The notes: generated from the letters alone by a model not told the origin. A stretch of DNA of 64,000 bases from a virus (IMGVR_UViG_3300044695_004869); one strand, 5' to 3'. Counted from the stretch's first letter, positions 17,814 through 27,054 are shown. A program made the numbers and translations.

Positions 17814-18263
17814 ATGTCATTACTTAGGAACACAATATTAAAACATTTACTTATTGAACGGACTATTGGTAATATGTCAGTTAATTTAAATTCTGATTTT
17901 TATCTTGAGATAAATAGGGAAAATCACGCTTGGGCAAGAAGAATGAGGCCTGATTTGGAGGGTAAGGGTAAAGATTTAACAGGTAAATATAGTTACGATT
18001 ATAATCAAAGAGAAATAACTAATTCCGAGATAAATGAAGTATTACTTAAAGCAAAAAATAAAATAGCCGAAAAAATAGTTTCCCACCATATAGTCACAAA
18101 TGTAAGATTTGTTGTTAAATCATTAAAATGGGAGATTGCAATTGCAATTCAACCTGTTCAAAAAAATGACTTAGAATGGACATTAAATGTGATCACTGTT
18201 TTTAGAGAATCAAAAGAAAATCCTTTTAGAGTTGCCGGTTGGCAAACAGTTATATGGGTATAA
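17814..18263 (+). CDS. Hypothetical protein
   Basis: 149 aa ORF, own TATTTAT motif. Confidence 0.75.
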   Translation: MSLLRNTILKHLLIERTIGNMSVNLNSDFYLEINRENHAWARRMRPDLEGKGKDLTGKYSYDYNQREITNSEINEVLLKAKNKIAEKIVSHHIVTNVRFVVKSLKWEIAIAIQPVQKNDLEWTLNVITVFRESKENPFRVAGWQTVIWV

Positions 18264-18291
18264 AAAACCCCCCACCGGTACCAGTGAGGGG
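18262..18291 (-). terminator. Intrinsic terminator
   Basis: Minus strand CCCCTCACTGGTACCGGTGGGGGG followed by six T, between convergent genes. Confidence 0.8.
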
Positions 18292-18301
18292 ATGTAGTTT
18301 C

Positions 18302-18390
18302 ACTATACCATATAGATATAGTTGAGGAATTTCACCCAGGGAACCTCGTGTCCCATTCCGCCGAGTTATAAGGGTAATCTCGGTTCAACC
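18302..18390 (-). ncRNA. Candidate structured RNA (unassigned family)
   Basis: GC-rich island with stems GGUUGA/UCAACU, CCGAG/CUCGG, GGAAU/AUUCC and GGGA/UCCC, plus a possible UUACCC/GGGUGA pseudoknot. Confidence 0.45.
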
Positions 18391-18396
18391 CTTTTC

Positions 18397-19197
18397 TTAC
18401 AAATAATCAAATAGTTCCGAACTATCGTTTCTTAATCGTCTTAACGCCTTTTCTTTAATCTGACGTACTCTTTCTTTTGTGAGACCAAAATCACTACCAA
18501 TGTCCTCTAAAGTTCTTGGAGTTCCTGTTAACCCAAAGTAATCCCCAATGATTGACTTCTCACGATCATCTAAAACATCCAACAAGGTCATCATTTTTTC
18601 TTTTAGAATATCTTTTGTATGAAAAGAAGCATCAGGAGCCTCAGCATCTTGATTCGCAATCATATCAATAAGAGTATCTCCCTCATCATTAATTCTCATG
18701 TCCAAATCAATGATTGATGGTAATGTGGAAAATTTGTCTTCCAACTTCTTACCTGTCTGTTCCAACTCTTTCTTTGCTCTATGAAGATCTTGAACAACAT
18801 TCACCGGTAATCTTATTGTTCTCGCATTATCATTTAACGATTGAATAATTGATTGTTTAACCCACCATACCGCATAAGATATAAATCTAAGGTCTTTTCC
18901 CCAATCAAAGTTTTTGATTGCCTTCATCAAACCATAATTACCCTCAGCAATTAGATCTTGTAAATCTAAACCTTGGTTTTGGTACTGCTTCGCCACAGTA
19001 ATGACAAATCTTAAGTTACCTATAAGAAGTTCTTCCTCAATTTGTTTTCTCTCTTTGTCTGAAATCTCATTTGATTTCATCTTAACGGCTAACTCACGCT
19101 CTCTGTCGGGAGTCATTACTTTGATTTTTCTGATGTCTTTAAGGTAGTGGTAAACTTCGTCTTGGTTAATAGGTATTCCTAAGTTTTTGTCCTTCAT
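18397..19197 (-). CDS. RNA polymerase sigma-70 factor, RpoD-like (Bacteroidota type)
   Basis: NLRFVITVAKQYQNQG, DLIAEGNYGL, FISYAVWWVKQSI and region 4 TLEDIGSDFGLTKERVRQIKEKALRRLR. Confidence 0.95.
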   Translation of the reverse strand: MKDKNLGIPINQDEVYHYLKDIRKIKVMTPDRERELAVKMKSNEISDKERKQIEEELLIGNLRFVITVAKQYQNQGLDLQDLIAEGNYGLMKAIKNFDWGKDLRFISYAVWWVKQSIIQSLNDNARTIRLPVNVVQDLHRAKKELEQTGKKLEDKFSTLPSIIDLDMRINDEGDTLIDMIANQDAEAPDASFHTKDILKEKMMTLLDVLDDREKSIIGDYFGLTGTPRTLEDIGSDFGLTKERVRQIKEKALRRLRNDSSELFDYL

Positions 19198-19200
19198 TTA

Positions 19201-19692
19201 TTAATTTTTGATTGATTGTGAATAATTATCTAATTTTTCTTTTTCTTCTTTTGTTAAGGATTGTACTCCCTGATCTTTAATTTTCTCTAAAATCTCGTCT
19301 ATTGTTAGATAACAAATACTGTGATTTGACCCACTAAAACTTTCCTTTAGAAACTCAATAAAGTTAGGGGATATATCTCCACTATCTTCATTTTGACTAT
19401 TAACCGCCATAAGGTGTTTGAGATGATCTGGTTCCATGTTTGAAGCAATCACCTTTGGTGTTGGGATTAAAATATACTTAAAATAACCGATATCTTCTGT
19501 TATAATATCAACATACATTGATAATTCACTATGTGACATCTCAGTCACAAAGTTAAAAACTACGTGTGATGGACCGAATACATATTTAATCTCATCCGAA
19601 TCAACGATTGGTGATAATTCTTCGGCAATTTGGTGAATATCATCTTCGGTTTTTTCTCCTTCCGAATAATAAACAAAAAGTAAGTACTTCAT
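19201..19692 (-). CDS. Hypothetical protein
   Basis: 163 aa; C-terminal IDEILEKIKDQGVQSLTKEEKEKL. Confidence 0.75.
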   Translation of the reverse strand: MKYLLFVYYSEGEKTEDDIHQIAEELSPIVDSDEIKYVFGPSHVVFNFVTEMSHSELSMYVDIITEDIGYFKYILIPTPKVIASNMEPDHLKHLMAVNSQNEDSGDISPNFIEFLKESFSGSNHSICYLTIDEILEKIKDQGVQSLTKEEKEKLDNYSQSIKN

Positions 19693-19717
19693 ATATTTGT
19701 GTTTTTAATTAATTCAA

Positions 19718-19725
19718 CAAAGATA
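19718..19725 (-). promoter_or_regulatory. TAnnTTTG -7 element
   Basis: TATCTTTG 25 nt upstream of the 19692 start; no clear -33 TTG. Confidence 0.55.
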
Positions 19726-19755
19726 CTAAATTATTTAGTATATGTACTAATTTTT

Positions 19756-20289
19756 TTAGGCATTTATACTATTTTTTTTCAATTCCTCAGGTATAACAGA
19801 ATATTCTTTATCATTATTAAGTTTATTCCTTTGGTCACTTAATGACATATTACAATGACCACATATATAACCAAGAACTGTATCATCTATATGATGTTTG
19901 TGCCAGTTACCAATCCAAGATCTATCACATTTTGGACAAACATCTCCTTTTTTTGGTTTAGGTATTTTTTTAGAGTTTTTAAAAACCTCACTTCTACCAT
20001 TATTAATTTTTTTTGAGCAAGTTAGACATATCGCATTTGATCTCATCAAATAACCATTTTTATCTACCCTACCTTGATAAAAACTAAATTGTGTGGCCGG
20101 TAAAAATTCTAAACACTCCCTACATTCCAAATGACCCTCAGGGATCCCCATTGTTAAAATCAATTTAACGTTTTCTAAATTTTCCGCAATAATTGCACCA
20201 TTTGATTTAGTATTTGTTAAAAGATCTCTATTTGATAGTTCCTTTATAATTTCATCTAAAGAAACATCAGATAAGTCAACTTTATCCAT
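19756..20289 (-). CDS. His-Me finger endonuclease, endonuclease VII-like (possible homing endonuclease)
   Basis: CPKC...HKHH....VLGYICGHCN; N-terminal CREC...CLTC zinc finger. Confidence 0.65.
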   Translation of the reverse strand: MDKVDLSDVSLDEIIKELSNRDLLTNTKSNGAIIAENLENVKLILTMGIPEGHLECRECLEFLPATQFSFYQGRVDKNGYLMRSNAICLTCSKKINNGRSEVFKNSKKIPKPKKGDVCPKCDRSWIGNWHKHHIDDTVLGYICGHCNMSLSDQRNKLNNDKEYSVIPEELKKNSINA

Positions 20290-20290
20290 G

Positions 20291-22666
20291 TTAATTTAAC
20301 ACTCTTGATACATTATTTTCCTTTTCAATTTTTACAATAGTATCGCCCCACTGACTAATCATTGGGTTGTGGCTAATTAGGAACACTTTACCAAAATACT
20401 CTTTAATTTTTTGGAAGAACTCAGATACCATCTCAAGGTTATCATTTGATATTTTTCCAAATACCTCATCAAATACTACAATATTTGGTTTCGGTAATGT
20501 GCAAATTTTACTTAGTACCGAACGTAACGCTAAAGACGCAATTGTTCTTTCATAACCTGATCCCGAAACCATTAATTTTTCAATACCAGTGCTATTATCG
20601 ACCATCAAAAATTCAACTTCATTTTTGTCATTAATTCTAATTTCTAATTTGAAGTAACAACTATCTTCCATCAATCTTTGTAGTTCTGAGTTAATCAGTG
20701 GCATCATTGTTTTCATAATAATTTTTGATAACCCATTTTTACCGTACGCCTCTAAATAAATTTTGTAAATTTTTTCTCTACCCTCTTCTAACTTAATCTT
20801 ATCAATTAATCCTTCGTTATTAACAATCTTCTCGTTAAATGATTTGATTTGATATTCATTATTTGAAATTTGAGAGTTTTTATTCTTTTTAATGTTTTCA
20901 AGTTCATCCAATCTTAGATCCGCCTTAATCAACATTTCATCAATTTTAGTGTTCTCTTTGATTTTATCCTGAACTTTACCCCAACTATCCAATTTACCTT
21001 TTAAGGTCCCAATCTTCAAATCACAACTTTCAATACTTAACTCATATTTTTCTTTGATAAGTTTGTTTTTTTCATACTCATCAAAATCTTTTTTAAGTTG
21101 TACGAACTGTTGTTCTCTGCCGGATAAATCCGTCATTAAGGTTGTTTTTTGGTCTCTATGCGTGATATAAACGGCAAGTTGACTAATTTTTTGTTGAGTT
21201 ATTGAAGCGTTCATTAACTCAATTCCACAGTGCTCACATTTGATACCATCACTCACAGAACTCTTCAATTTCTCAATCTCATTGATCTGTGTATCAAGCT
21301 CAATTTTCAACTTAAAGGTATCGTTATACTCCTCTTTAATTTTATCATGTTGGTCTTCGTGATAAAATTCTTTTGGTTCAATAACTTTAAGTTCTTCTGA
21401 TTTCTTTTGAAACCCTGTTTTCTCTCGTTCCAAAGAATCAATTTCCTCCTGAGTTTTAGTCGGGTTCATCAAACTGATTTCATGGTCAATGTCTCCGTGT
21501 TTTTTCTTCAACATATCGTCACGATACTCTTTCCCTTTCAGGATTTTCTCATCAACATCACCAATCTCTGTTTTTAATACCTCAATTTGATCATTTAATT
21601 CAGCGATTTGAGTTACATAAGTTTCATTATCTGTTTTCAACATTTCAGAATTATAAATGTTAGATAATTTTGACTTGTTGAAGTCCGAATAAACTTCTTT
21701 TGCAACTTCCTCTTTCCGTTTCAAAAACTCAAGTCCCATAAAACGAGACAACACTTGACCTCTTGCCGTTGGTTTTGATTCCAACAATTCCTCAAGGTTT
21801 GTTGCCGTAGTTAAAATGGTCATAAGGAAATCTTCCTTTGTACCGATGGAATTCTTAATGAACGCCTCAGTTTCCCTTCTTTGTTCTCCAGTGAAGTTTT
21901 GTAAACTACCGTCAGCCAATTTTTTGAAGAAGTCCAATTCTGTCTTAACATTCCATTCACCTTTCTTAGAAAGTTTTCTTTCAATGTTTCTAACTATGAT
22001 GTACTCCTCACCATCAATTGTGATCTCACCTTTAACCGTTACTTTATTTTTGTCAGTAAATCGGTTGAAGATTTCCTCCGCTTTAGTAGTTTTTGTCGTC
22101 TCATTAAAAAATAAGAACATTAACAAATCCACCGTAAGAACTGTTTTTCCCCCAAAGTTTGGTGGGTTTGATTCTACAACCACAACACCATCACACTTAT
22201 CAAAATCCAATCTTTGGTTCTCACCATATGATAAGAAATTAGAGAACTCTATGTTTCTGATATACCATTTCTTGAATTGTGTGGTTTCAACTTCCTCTTC
22301 TTGCATTTTGTTCTCAACCATTCTGTTGATCCCTAAAACGTCATCCAAGTGACCGTCATAACCTTTTGATTCCAAGAATTTTTTCAACAAGTCAAGTTGG
22401 TAATTAACGTCAGCAACATTCACCGATACATCAATAGTTTGCATACTATCTTTCTCAATGTTTTTAACCTTAGTTAATACATTCACATTAGTCGTGTTAT
22501 ATTTCTTTTGGAAATAATGTTTAACACTCTTAATCTTATCTTGTGTGAAATTTTCAGGTAAGTCCTCCCATACAACTTGAATTGATGGGTTTTCAAACGT
22601 AGAAAAATCTAAATCTTTTATCATTATATTGTAATTGAATAATTTTGGGGGATTGAATAAATCCAT
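20291..22666 (-). CDS. SbcC/Rad50/gp46-like recombination ATPase
   Basis: Walker A NFGGKT, zinc hook CEHCG, signature SGSGYE, Walker B VVFDE, ISHN; long coiled coil and an N-terminal extension of about 130 aa. Confidence 0.92.
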   Translation of the reverse strand: MDLFNPPKLFNYNIMIKDLDFSTFENPSIQVVWEDLPENFTQDKIKSVKHYFQKKYNTTNVNVLTKVKNIEKDSMQTIDVSVNVADVNYQLDLLKKFLESKGYDGHLDDVLGINRMVENKMQEEEVETTQFKKWYIRNIEFSNFLSYGENQRLDFDKCDGVVVVESNPPNFGGKTVLTVDLLMFLFFNETTKTTKAEEIFNRFTDKNKVTVKGEITIDGEEYIIVRNIERKLSKKGEWNVKTELDFFKKLADGSLQNFTGEQRRETEAFIKNSIGTKEDFLMTILTTATNLEELLESKPTARGQVLSRFMGLEFLKRKEEVAKEVYSDFNKSKLSNIYNSEMLKTDNETYVTQIAELNDQIEVLKTEIGDVDEKILKGKEYRDDMLKKKHGDIDHEISLMNPTKTQEEIDSLEREKTGFQKKSEELKVIEPKEFYHEDQHDKIKEEYNDTFKLKIELDTQINEIEKLKSSVSDGIKCEHCGIELMNASITQQKISQLAVYITHRDQKTTLMTDLSGREQQFVQLKKDFDEYEKNKLIKEKYELSIESCDLKIGTLKGKLDSWGKVQDKIKENTKIDEMLIKADLRLDELENIKKNKNSQISNNEYQIKSFNEKIVNNEGLIDKIKLEEGREKIYKIYLEAYGKNGLSKIIMKTMMPLINSELQRLMEDSCYFKLEIRINDKNEVEFLMVDNSTGIEKLMVSGSGYERTIASLALRSVLSKICTLPKPNIVVFDEVFGKISNDNLEMVSEFFQKIKEYFGKVFLISHNPMISQWGDTIVKIEKENNVSRVLN

Positions 22667-22668
22667 TT

Positions 22669-22911
22669 TTATTTTTGTAACTCAGAAACTTGGTCTTCAA
22701 CTTGTGATTCATTAACCTCTACTTCTTCAACAACTTGAAACCCTAATTCTTGTCCGTTTAATTCAACATTTAGGTTTTCTTCATTTTCCATTGCCATTTT
22801 TCGTGCCTCAAACATTCGTTCAATTGCCTTGTTCATTGCGTATTTGTCTTGTGCAATTTTTCTGTTTCGTTTTTCCACTTTTGCTCTGTGAGCCTTTGCC
22901 GCTTTTCCCAT
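22669..22911 (-). CDS. Hypothetical protein
   Basis: 80 aa; basic N-terminus, acidic C-terminus. Confidence 0.7.
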   Translation of the reverse strand: MGKAAKAHRAKVEKRNRKIAQDKYAMNKAIERMFEARKMAMENEENLNVELNGQELGFQVVEEVEVNESQVEDQVSELQK

Positions 22912-22928
22912 TGTTATATTATTTGTTA

Positions 22929-23282
22929 TTATTTATTACTCGGTCTATTTTCTTCAAACCATTCAATTATTGCATTAATCCCCCAAACTGAACCTGCGGA
23001 TAACATTCCATCAAAGAATACGGAATAATATTCATTAAGTCCAATAAAATGTGAAATTGGTGAATAAAAAGTTAATGATAGGAAAAACCCTACCCATGTT
23101 CCCGTACATAACATACAAGAAATTAAGTCAGATACAAATTTAAAAAATGGTCTAGTTAAGAACCATCCTTCATTACTACCCGCTTTTTTAATATTATTTC
23201 TCAACCCATTAAAGATTGATCCATACACTAATATTGTGGTCATACCATATGCCACAATCATCCAAATTAATAATTCTATCAT
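22929..23282 (-). CDS. Membrane protein, DUF1360-like
   Basis: LISCMLCTGTWVGF (CxxCxxxW) motif between TM helices. Confidence 0.65.
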   Translation of the reverse strand: MIELLIWMIVAYGMTTILVYGSIFNGLRNNIKKAGSNEGWFLTRPFFKFVSDLISCMLCTGTWVGFFLSLTFYSPISHFIGLNEYYSVFFDGMLSAGSVWGINAIIEWFEENRPSNK

Positions 23283-23908
23283 AATCTATTATTTAAATTT
23301 GATCCCCTAAGAAAAACAGCCCCTTTATTTGAACTGATGTTCTCAAGATCTCGGTTTATTTTTTCTAATTCTTTTATTCTTTCGTTTTTTGTTTGAAGTT
23401 CTTTTCTTAAGGTAAGTAATGTTTCTTGTAACATTTCCATCCTATCATCCGGTTTCTCAACCTCTTTAATGACTTCAACGATTTTCTCCACCTCTTTGAT
23501 TACTTCAACCGGTGGTTTGTCTACAATTATGTCTAAATTACGTCTAAGTTCGTCTAATTCTTCATCCTTTTTAGACATTTCATTTTCCAACTTGGTAATT
23601 TTTTCAACAAGTTCGTTTTCGTTATTTTGGTCACGTATGTATTCTATTTTTGTAATAACTTTTTCAACAGGAACCTCAACTATTTTCTCAACCTCTTTGA
23701 TAATTTCAACAGGAACTTCTACAATTTTTTCTTGTTCGGTTTCCCCTAAAAATCCATATTTCTTTATATCAAACCCTTGTTTGAAACATAAATACATAAA
23801 GTTGTTTACGTCTTTTATTTCTTGGGATTCACAAAATGCCATTACTAACTGAATCGTTTCCTTACTAAATATTTTGGAGTTTTTCTGTTCCATTTTCAAT
23901 GTCTTCAA
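23279..23908 (-). CDS. Coiled-coil protein with EKIVEVPVE repeats
   Basis: KIVEVPVEIIKEVEKIVEVPVEKV and PVEVIKEVEKIVEVIKEVE; start uncertain. Confidence 0.75.
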   Translation of the reverse strand: MKTLKMEQKNSKIFSKETIQLVMAFCESQEIKDVNNFMYLCFKQGFDIKKYGFLGETEQEKIVEVPVEIIKEVEKIVEVPVEKVITKIEYIRDQNNENELVEKITKLENEMSKKDEELDELRRNLDIIVDKPPVEVIKEVEKIVEVIKEVEKPDDRMEMLQETLLTLRKELQTKNERIKELEKINRDLENISSNKGAVFLRGSNLNNRL

Positions 23909-24644
23909 ATGATTTTATGGAGAACTTTAAAAATGGTTTTGGGTTCGGTAGATCAACATACGAATATTCTTTTTTGACAATGTCATAAATACCATATCCA
24001 TGTTTGCCAATACTTTCTCCAATATTCTGTTGAATAGGGCTTCCAATCATATAACCTTTACCGGTTTTGAATTTGAATTCCTGTCTTTTATGTATATCAC
24101 CACATAGTACGGCTTCAAGTCCGTTGAACTTATCCACATCATATGCTTCTTCTCCAAAATCAAAACCAAGATCGGTTTTCATTCCTTGAATTGGTCCGTG
24201 AAATAAACCAATTTTAATTCCCGTGGCAACATTCAAATCCGGTGGGATATTAGCCTGATATTGCGAATAGACACACCAACTAATATTCTCATCCTCATAC
24301 ACACCTCTATCTCGGTAGTACACAATATCCTCATTCCTCAAAGAATTAATAATAGGAGTAAGAGCATCTAATCTTTCGGTATTGTTTACCAAAAAGTCGT
24401 GATTACCAGGTATAATAACAGTTTTAGCAATGAATGAACATTCAGTTAAAATCCAAGCAACAATCTCAATAAGTTCGGGTGTTATTTGGTTTTTAGAATG
24501 AACTAAATCACCCGTAAATATTATACGGTCAGGTTCTAATTCTTTCCATTGTTTAATTGCCGTCTCTAATATTGATCGGTATAAATCGTGATCTTTAAAT
24601 AATCTGATATGTAAATCAGAAAAGTGTACTATTTTCTTAATCAT
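23865..24644 (-). CDS. SbcD/Mre11/gp47-like metallophosphoesterase nuclease
   Basis: HFSDLH, TGDLVH, PGNHD, LFHG, CGDIHKRQ and GSPIQQ motifs. Confidence 0.92.
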   Translation of the reverse strand: MIKKIVHFSDLHIRLFKDHDLYRSILETAIKQWKELEPDRIIFTGDLVHSKNQITPELIEIVAWILTECSFIAKTVIIPGNHDFLVNNTERLDALTPIINSLRNEDIVYYRDRGVYEDENISWCVYSQYQANIPPDLNVATGIKIGLFHGPIQGMKTDLGFDFGEEAYDVDKFNGLEAVLCGDIHKRQEFKFKTGKGYMIGSPIQQNIGESIGKHGYGIYDIVKKEYSYVDLPNPKPFLKFSIKSFEDIENGTEKLQNI

Positions 24645-24882
24645 TTAATTGTGTTTTGTCTCTGCAATATATTTCAAATGGTGGTTTAAATGGGTCATCA
24701 GTTTTAGGAAATGGGTTAACCGGTATTGGTATTCTGTTAGGATCAAACATACCAGGTTGGTTCACTTCTTTAACTTCTTTCATTTTATTCTGAATTCCCT
24801 CAATGTCGGATTGTTGAATAACTGTCCAACTTCTATTGGTCATAAATCCTTCTAACCAAATGTAAAATTCTTTGTATGTCAT
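24637..24882 (-). CDS. Hypothetical protein
   Basis: 81 aa (MTYKEFYIWLEGFM...). Confidence 0.7.
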   Translation of the reverse strand: MTYKEFYIWLEGFMTNRSWTVIQQSDIEGIQNKMKEVKEVNQPGMFDPNRIPIPVNPFPKTDDPFKPPFEIYCRDKTQLND

Positions 24883-25025
24883 ACTAATTCTCTACTATAA
24901 AGGTTTGCTAAAATAATTCTTGCTAACTTAAAATCTTTTGATCTGTTTAATCTTAAACCATACGCAAGCGATATAGTTTTCAAATGAGGATATACCTCAC
25001 TTATTGTCATTTTTCCAATTTCCAT
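24879..25025 (-). CDS. Small hypothetical protein
   Basis: MEIGKMTISEVYPHL...; start trimmed to abut the upstream gene. Confidence 0.55.
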   Translation of the reverse strand: MEIGKMTISEVYPHLKTISLAYGLRLNRSKDFKLARIILANLYSRELV

Positions 25026-25026
25026 T

Positions 25027-25239
25027 TTAATCAAATAATATGAAGTCCTCATTAACAAACCCACATGAATTACACATATATGTTGGGAATGGTACGATCG
25101 TATCTTCTGAACTTCCGGTTAATAACTTTGGTACTTTTTTTAATAATACCACTTCTTTGAAGTACTTTGACCCACAATCCTCACAAGTAACCGTTGGTTG
25201 TTGTTTAAGGTCAATTCTTGGTTTTAAAATATCATCCAT
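25027..25239 (-). CDS. Zinc-ribbon protein
   Basis: CEDCG and CNSCG pairs. Confidence 0.75.
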   Translation of the reverse strand: MDDILKPRIDLKQQPTVTCEDCGSKYFKEVVLLKKVPKLLTGSSEDTIVPFPTYMCNSCGFVNEDFILFD

Positions 25240-25258
25240 TTAATATAATTTTTAAAGT

Positions 25259-26113
25259 TTATTTTTTCAAATATTGTTTAACATTCATCTCTAAGATAGT
25301 ATTAATTGTCTTTTTATCAACTCTATGTTCAACATACTCTCTTTCTTCTGTTATTAGAACAATAATACATCCTAATAGTTGGATATTCTCATATTTAGAT
25401 CCCTCTAACATTTTTAACAATAACTTACCATATAGTGGAAGTTGTGTTTTATAGTGACCAAGAGCATTATCCGGTAAGTGATCAAGAGGTGTCTTCATTT
25501 GCTTTGTAAACTTATTGGTTTCAAAGTTTTTTGGTTTGTTTGTTTTCCAATCCGTGATAAGTATACCAACTTGACCATTAACACCAATAACTAACCAAAC
25601 CTTATCAGGTTGTCCTGTATATCCTAATTCAGGGTGACCCAATACAATTTCAGTATCTAATAATACACATCCTCGTTCTTTAAGAAGATCAATGTATTTT
25701 TTGCCGGCCACTATCATCGTATCACTTTTAACGATTTGTTCGGCATCACATTTAAAAACAGGTTGTCTCAATTCTTTCTCAAGACCGAACTCATTTAACG
25801 TATGTTCTTCTAAAAAGAAGTGAGATCTAGATCCAATGTTTACCGAGTACTCACCAGCCGCCGCCCATTCTTCTAATAGTCGTTGTTGTTCGTACGGATC
25901 TCCATTTGCCTTTCTGTATGAAATTCCTTCAGAATCAAATTCCTCATAAAATGATTTAAGAACTTTTGAAACAGATGGGAAATCATCTCTTAATTTACCA
26001 TCAACATCTATCATCGTATACTTATGAGAATCCTCCTCAAACGTTAGTTTAAGTTCTTTTTGCTTCTGAGCAATTATCTCACGTATTTCGTTAGCAACTT
26101 CTTTTAAATCCAT
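25259..26113 (-). CDS. PD-(D/E)xK (RecB-family) exonuclease
   Basis: E...YTGQPDKV...ITDWKT...QLPLY motifs. Confidence 0.8.
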   Translation of the reverse strand: MDLKEVANEIREIIAQKQKELKLTFEEDSHKYTMIDVDGKLRDDFPSVSKVLKSFYEEFDSEGISYRKANGDPYEQQRLLEEWAAAGEYSVNIGSRSHFFLEEHTLNEFGLEKELRQPVFKCDAEQIVKSDTMIVAGKKYIDLLKERGCVLLDTEIVLGHPELGYTGQPDKVWLVIGVNGQVGILITDWKTNKPKNFETNKFTKQMKTPLDHLPDNALGHYKTQLPLYGKLLLKMLEGSKYENIQLLGCIIVLITEEREYVEHRVDKKTINTILEMNVKQYLKK

Positions 26114-26133
26114 ATTTTATATAATTAATTTCA

Positions 26134-26141
26134 CAAAGATA
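26134..26141 (-). promoter_or_regulatory. TAnnTTTG -7 element
   Basis: TATCTTTG 20 nt upstream of the 26113 start. Confidence 0.55.
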
Positions 26142-26154
26142 ATACTTTTTTTTA

Positions 26155-27054
26155 TTAATCTCTAATTTTTACAAAAAAATCTTCAATTTTTCCTCGTAGG
26201 TCACAAACATCTTGATCCATAGGTAAATGAACTATCTTAATTCTATCATATAATTCACCCCCATTTAATTCACGATATAGTTTAACCGCATTGTCCCAAG
26301 CATCCCCATCCAACGCAATGATAATATCACCTTTCGCTTTGGTATATATCTTCTCAAATAAAATTTCGGACATATGTTTTCCTAACATTGGGATTGAATT
26401 ATCTAAGAAAAATCCATCAAACACACCTTCTACTAAATAAATGTCTTTACCCCAATCAATTAATCTCTCATTGAAGATGATCTTATCTTTTTCTGCTTCA
26501 GGGTTTTTATACTTGAACTTACTTTTGGTGTCCCAACTTCTGGCAATATAATAATTTAATTCTCCTTTACTGTTATAGGATGGAACGACAATGCGACCTG
26601 TATGACTACCACGATCACAAAAGCCAATATTATATTTTTCAATAATTTCATCTGTTATCCCTCTATTTTTTAGGTAATTATACGCTTGTCGTCTAACCGG
26701 ATAAACCACACTTGAATCCTTAAATAAGGTAAATCCTTCAGGTAAGGTAAGTTTCTTTGTTTTTCTTTGTTTTGGTTGTACGGTCTCAGGTTTCAAAACA
26801 TTATATAGTTTCTTTAACTTTTTATTACCGTACTTATCAAATAATTTACCTAAAGAACCATGCGTTCCATCAACATCCCCACATGACCAACATTTATAAA
26901 CATTATTTATGTAGTTTATTTCTAAATTATGTTTATTCCTACCCTCATCACACACAGGACAATTAAAAGATATTTGACCTCTATTAGGATAATGTAATCC
27001 ATGATCCCCTAAAAGATCCTCAAGTAATTCAACTATTGCTTCGCTTTCATCCAT
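26155..27054 (-). CDS. DNA primase (DnaG/gp61-like)
   Basis: CPVC...CWSC zinc finger, YLKNRGI, TOPRIM VEGVFD and DGD; start at MDESE (27054). Confidence 0.9.
   Translation of the reverse strand: MDESEAIVELLEDLLGDHGLHYPNRGQISFNCPVCDEGRNKHNLEINYINNVYKCWSCGDVDGTHGSLGKLFDKYGNKKLKKLYNVLKPETVQPKQRKTKKLTLPEGFTLFKDSSVVYPVRRQAYNYLKNRGITDEIIEKYNIGFCDRGSHTGRIVVPSYNSKGELNYYIARSWDTKSKFKYKNPEAEKDKIIFNERLIDWGKDIYLVEGVFDGFFLDNSIPMLGKHMSEILFEKIYTKAKGDIIIALDGDAWDNAVKLYRELNGGELYDRIKIVHLPMDQDVCDLRGKIEDFFVKIRD

Noticed and set aside
18320-18390. HDV-like (theta) or other known self-cleaving ribozyme
   Set aside because: The plus strand has an ACCUCGUG loop like HDV L3 and the minus strand has GGCGGAAUGGGAC like the HDV 3' end, but neither strand gives a complete P1/P2/P3/P1.1/P4 topology (no P2 partner). 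No hammerhead CUGANGA core. Left unassigned.
25259-26113. Cas4 / CRISPR association
   Set aside because: No four-Cys Fe-S cluster pattern, no cas1/cas2 and no array nearby; generic PD-(D/E)xK nuclease.
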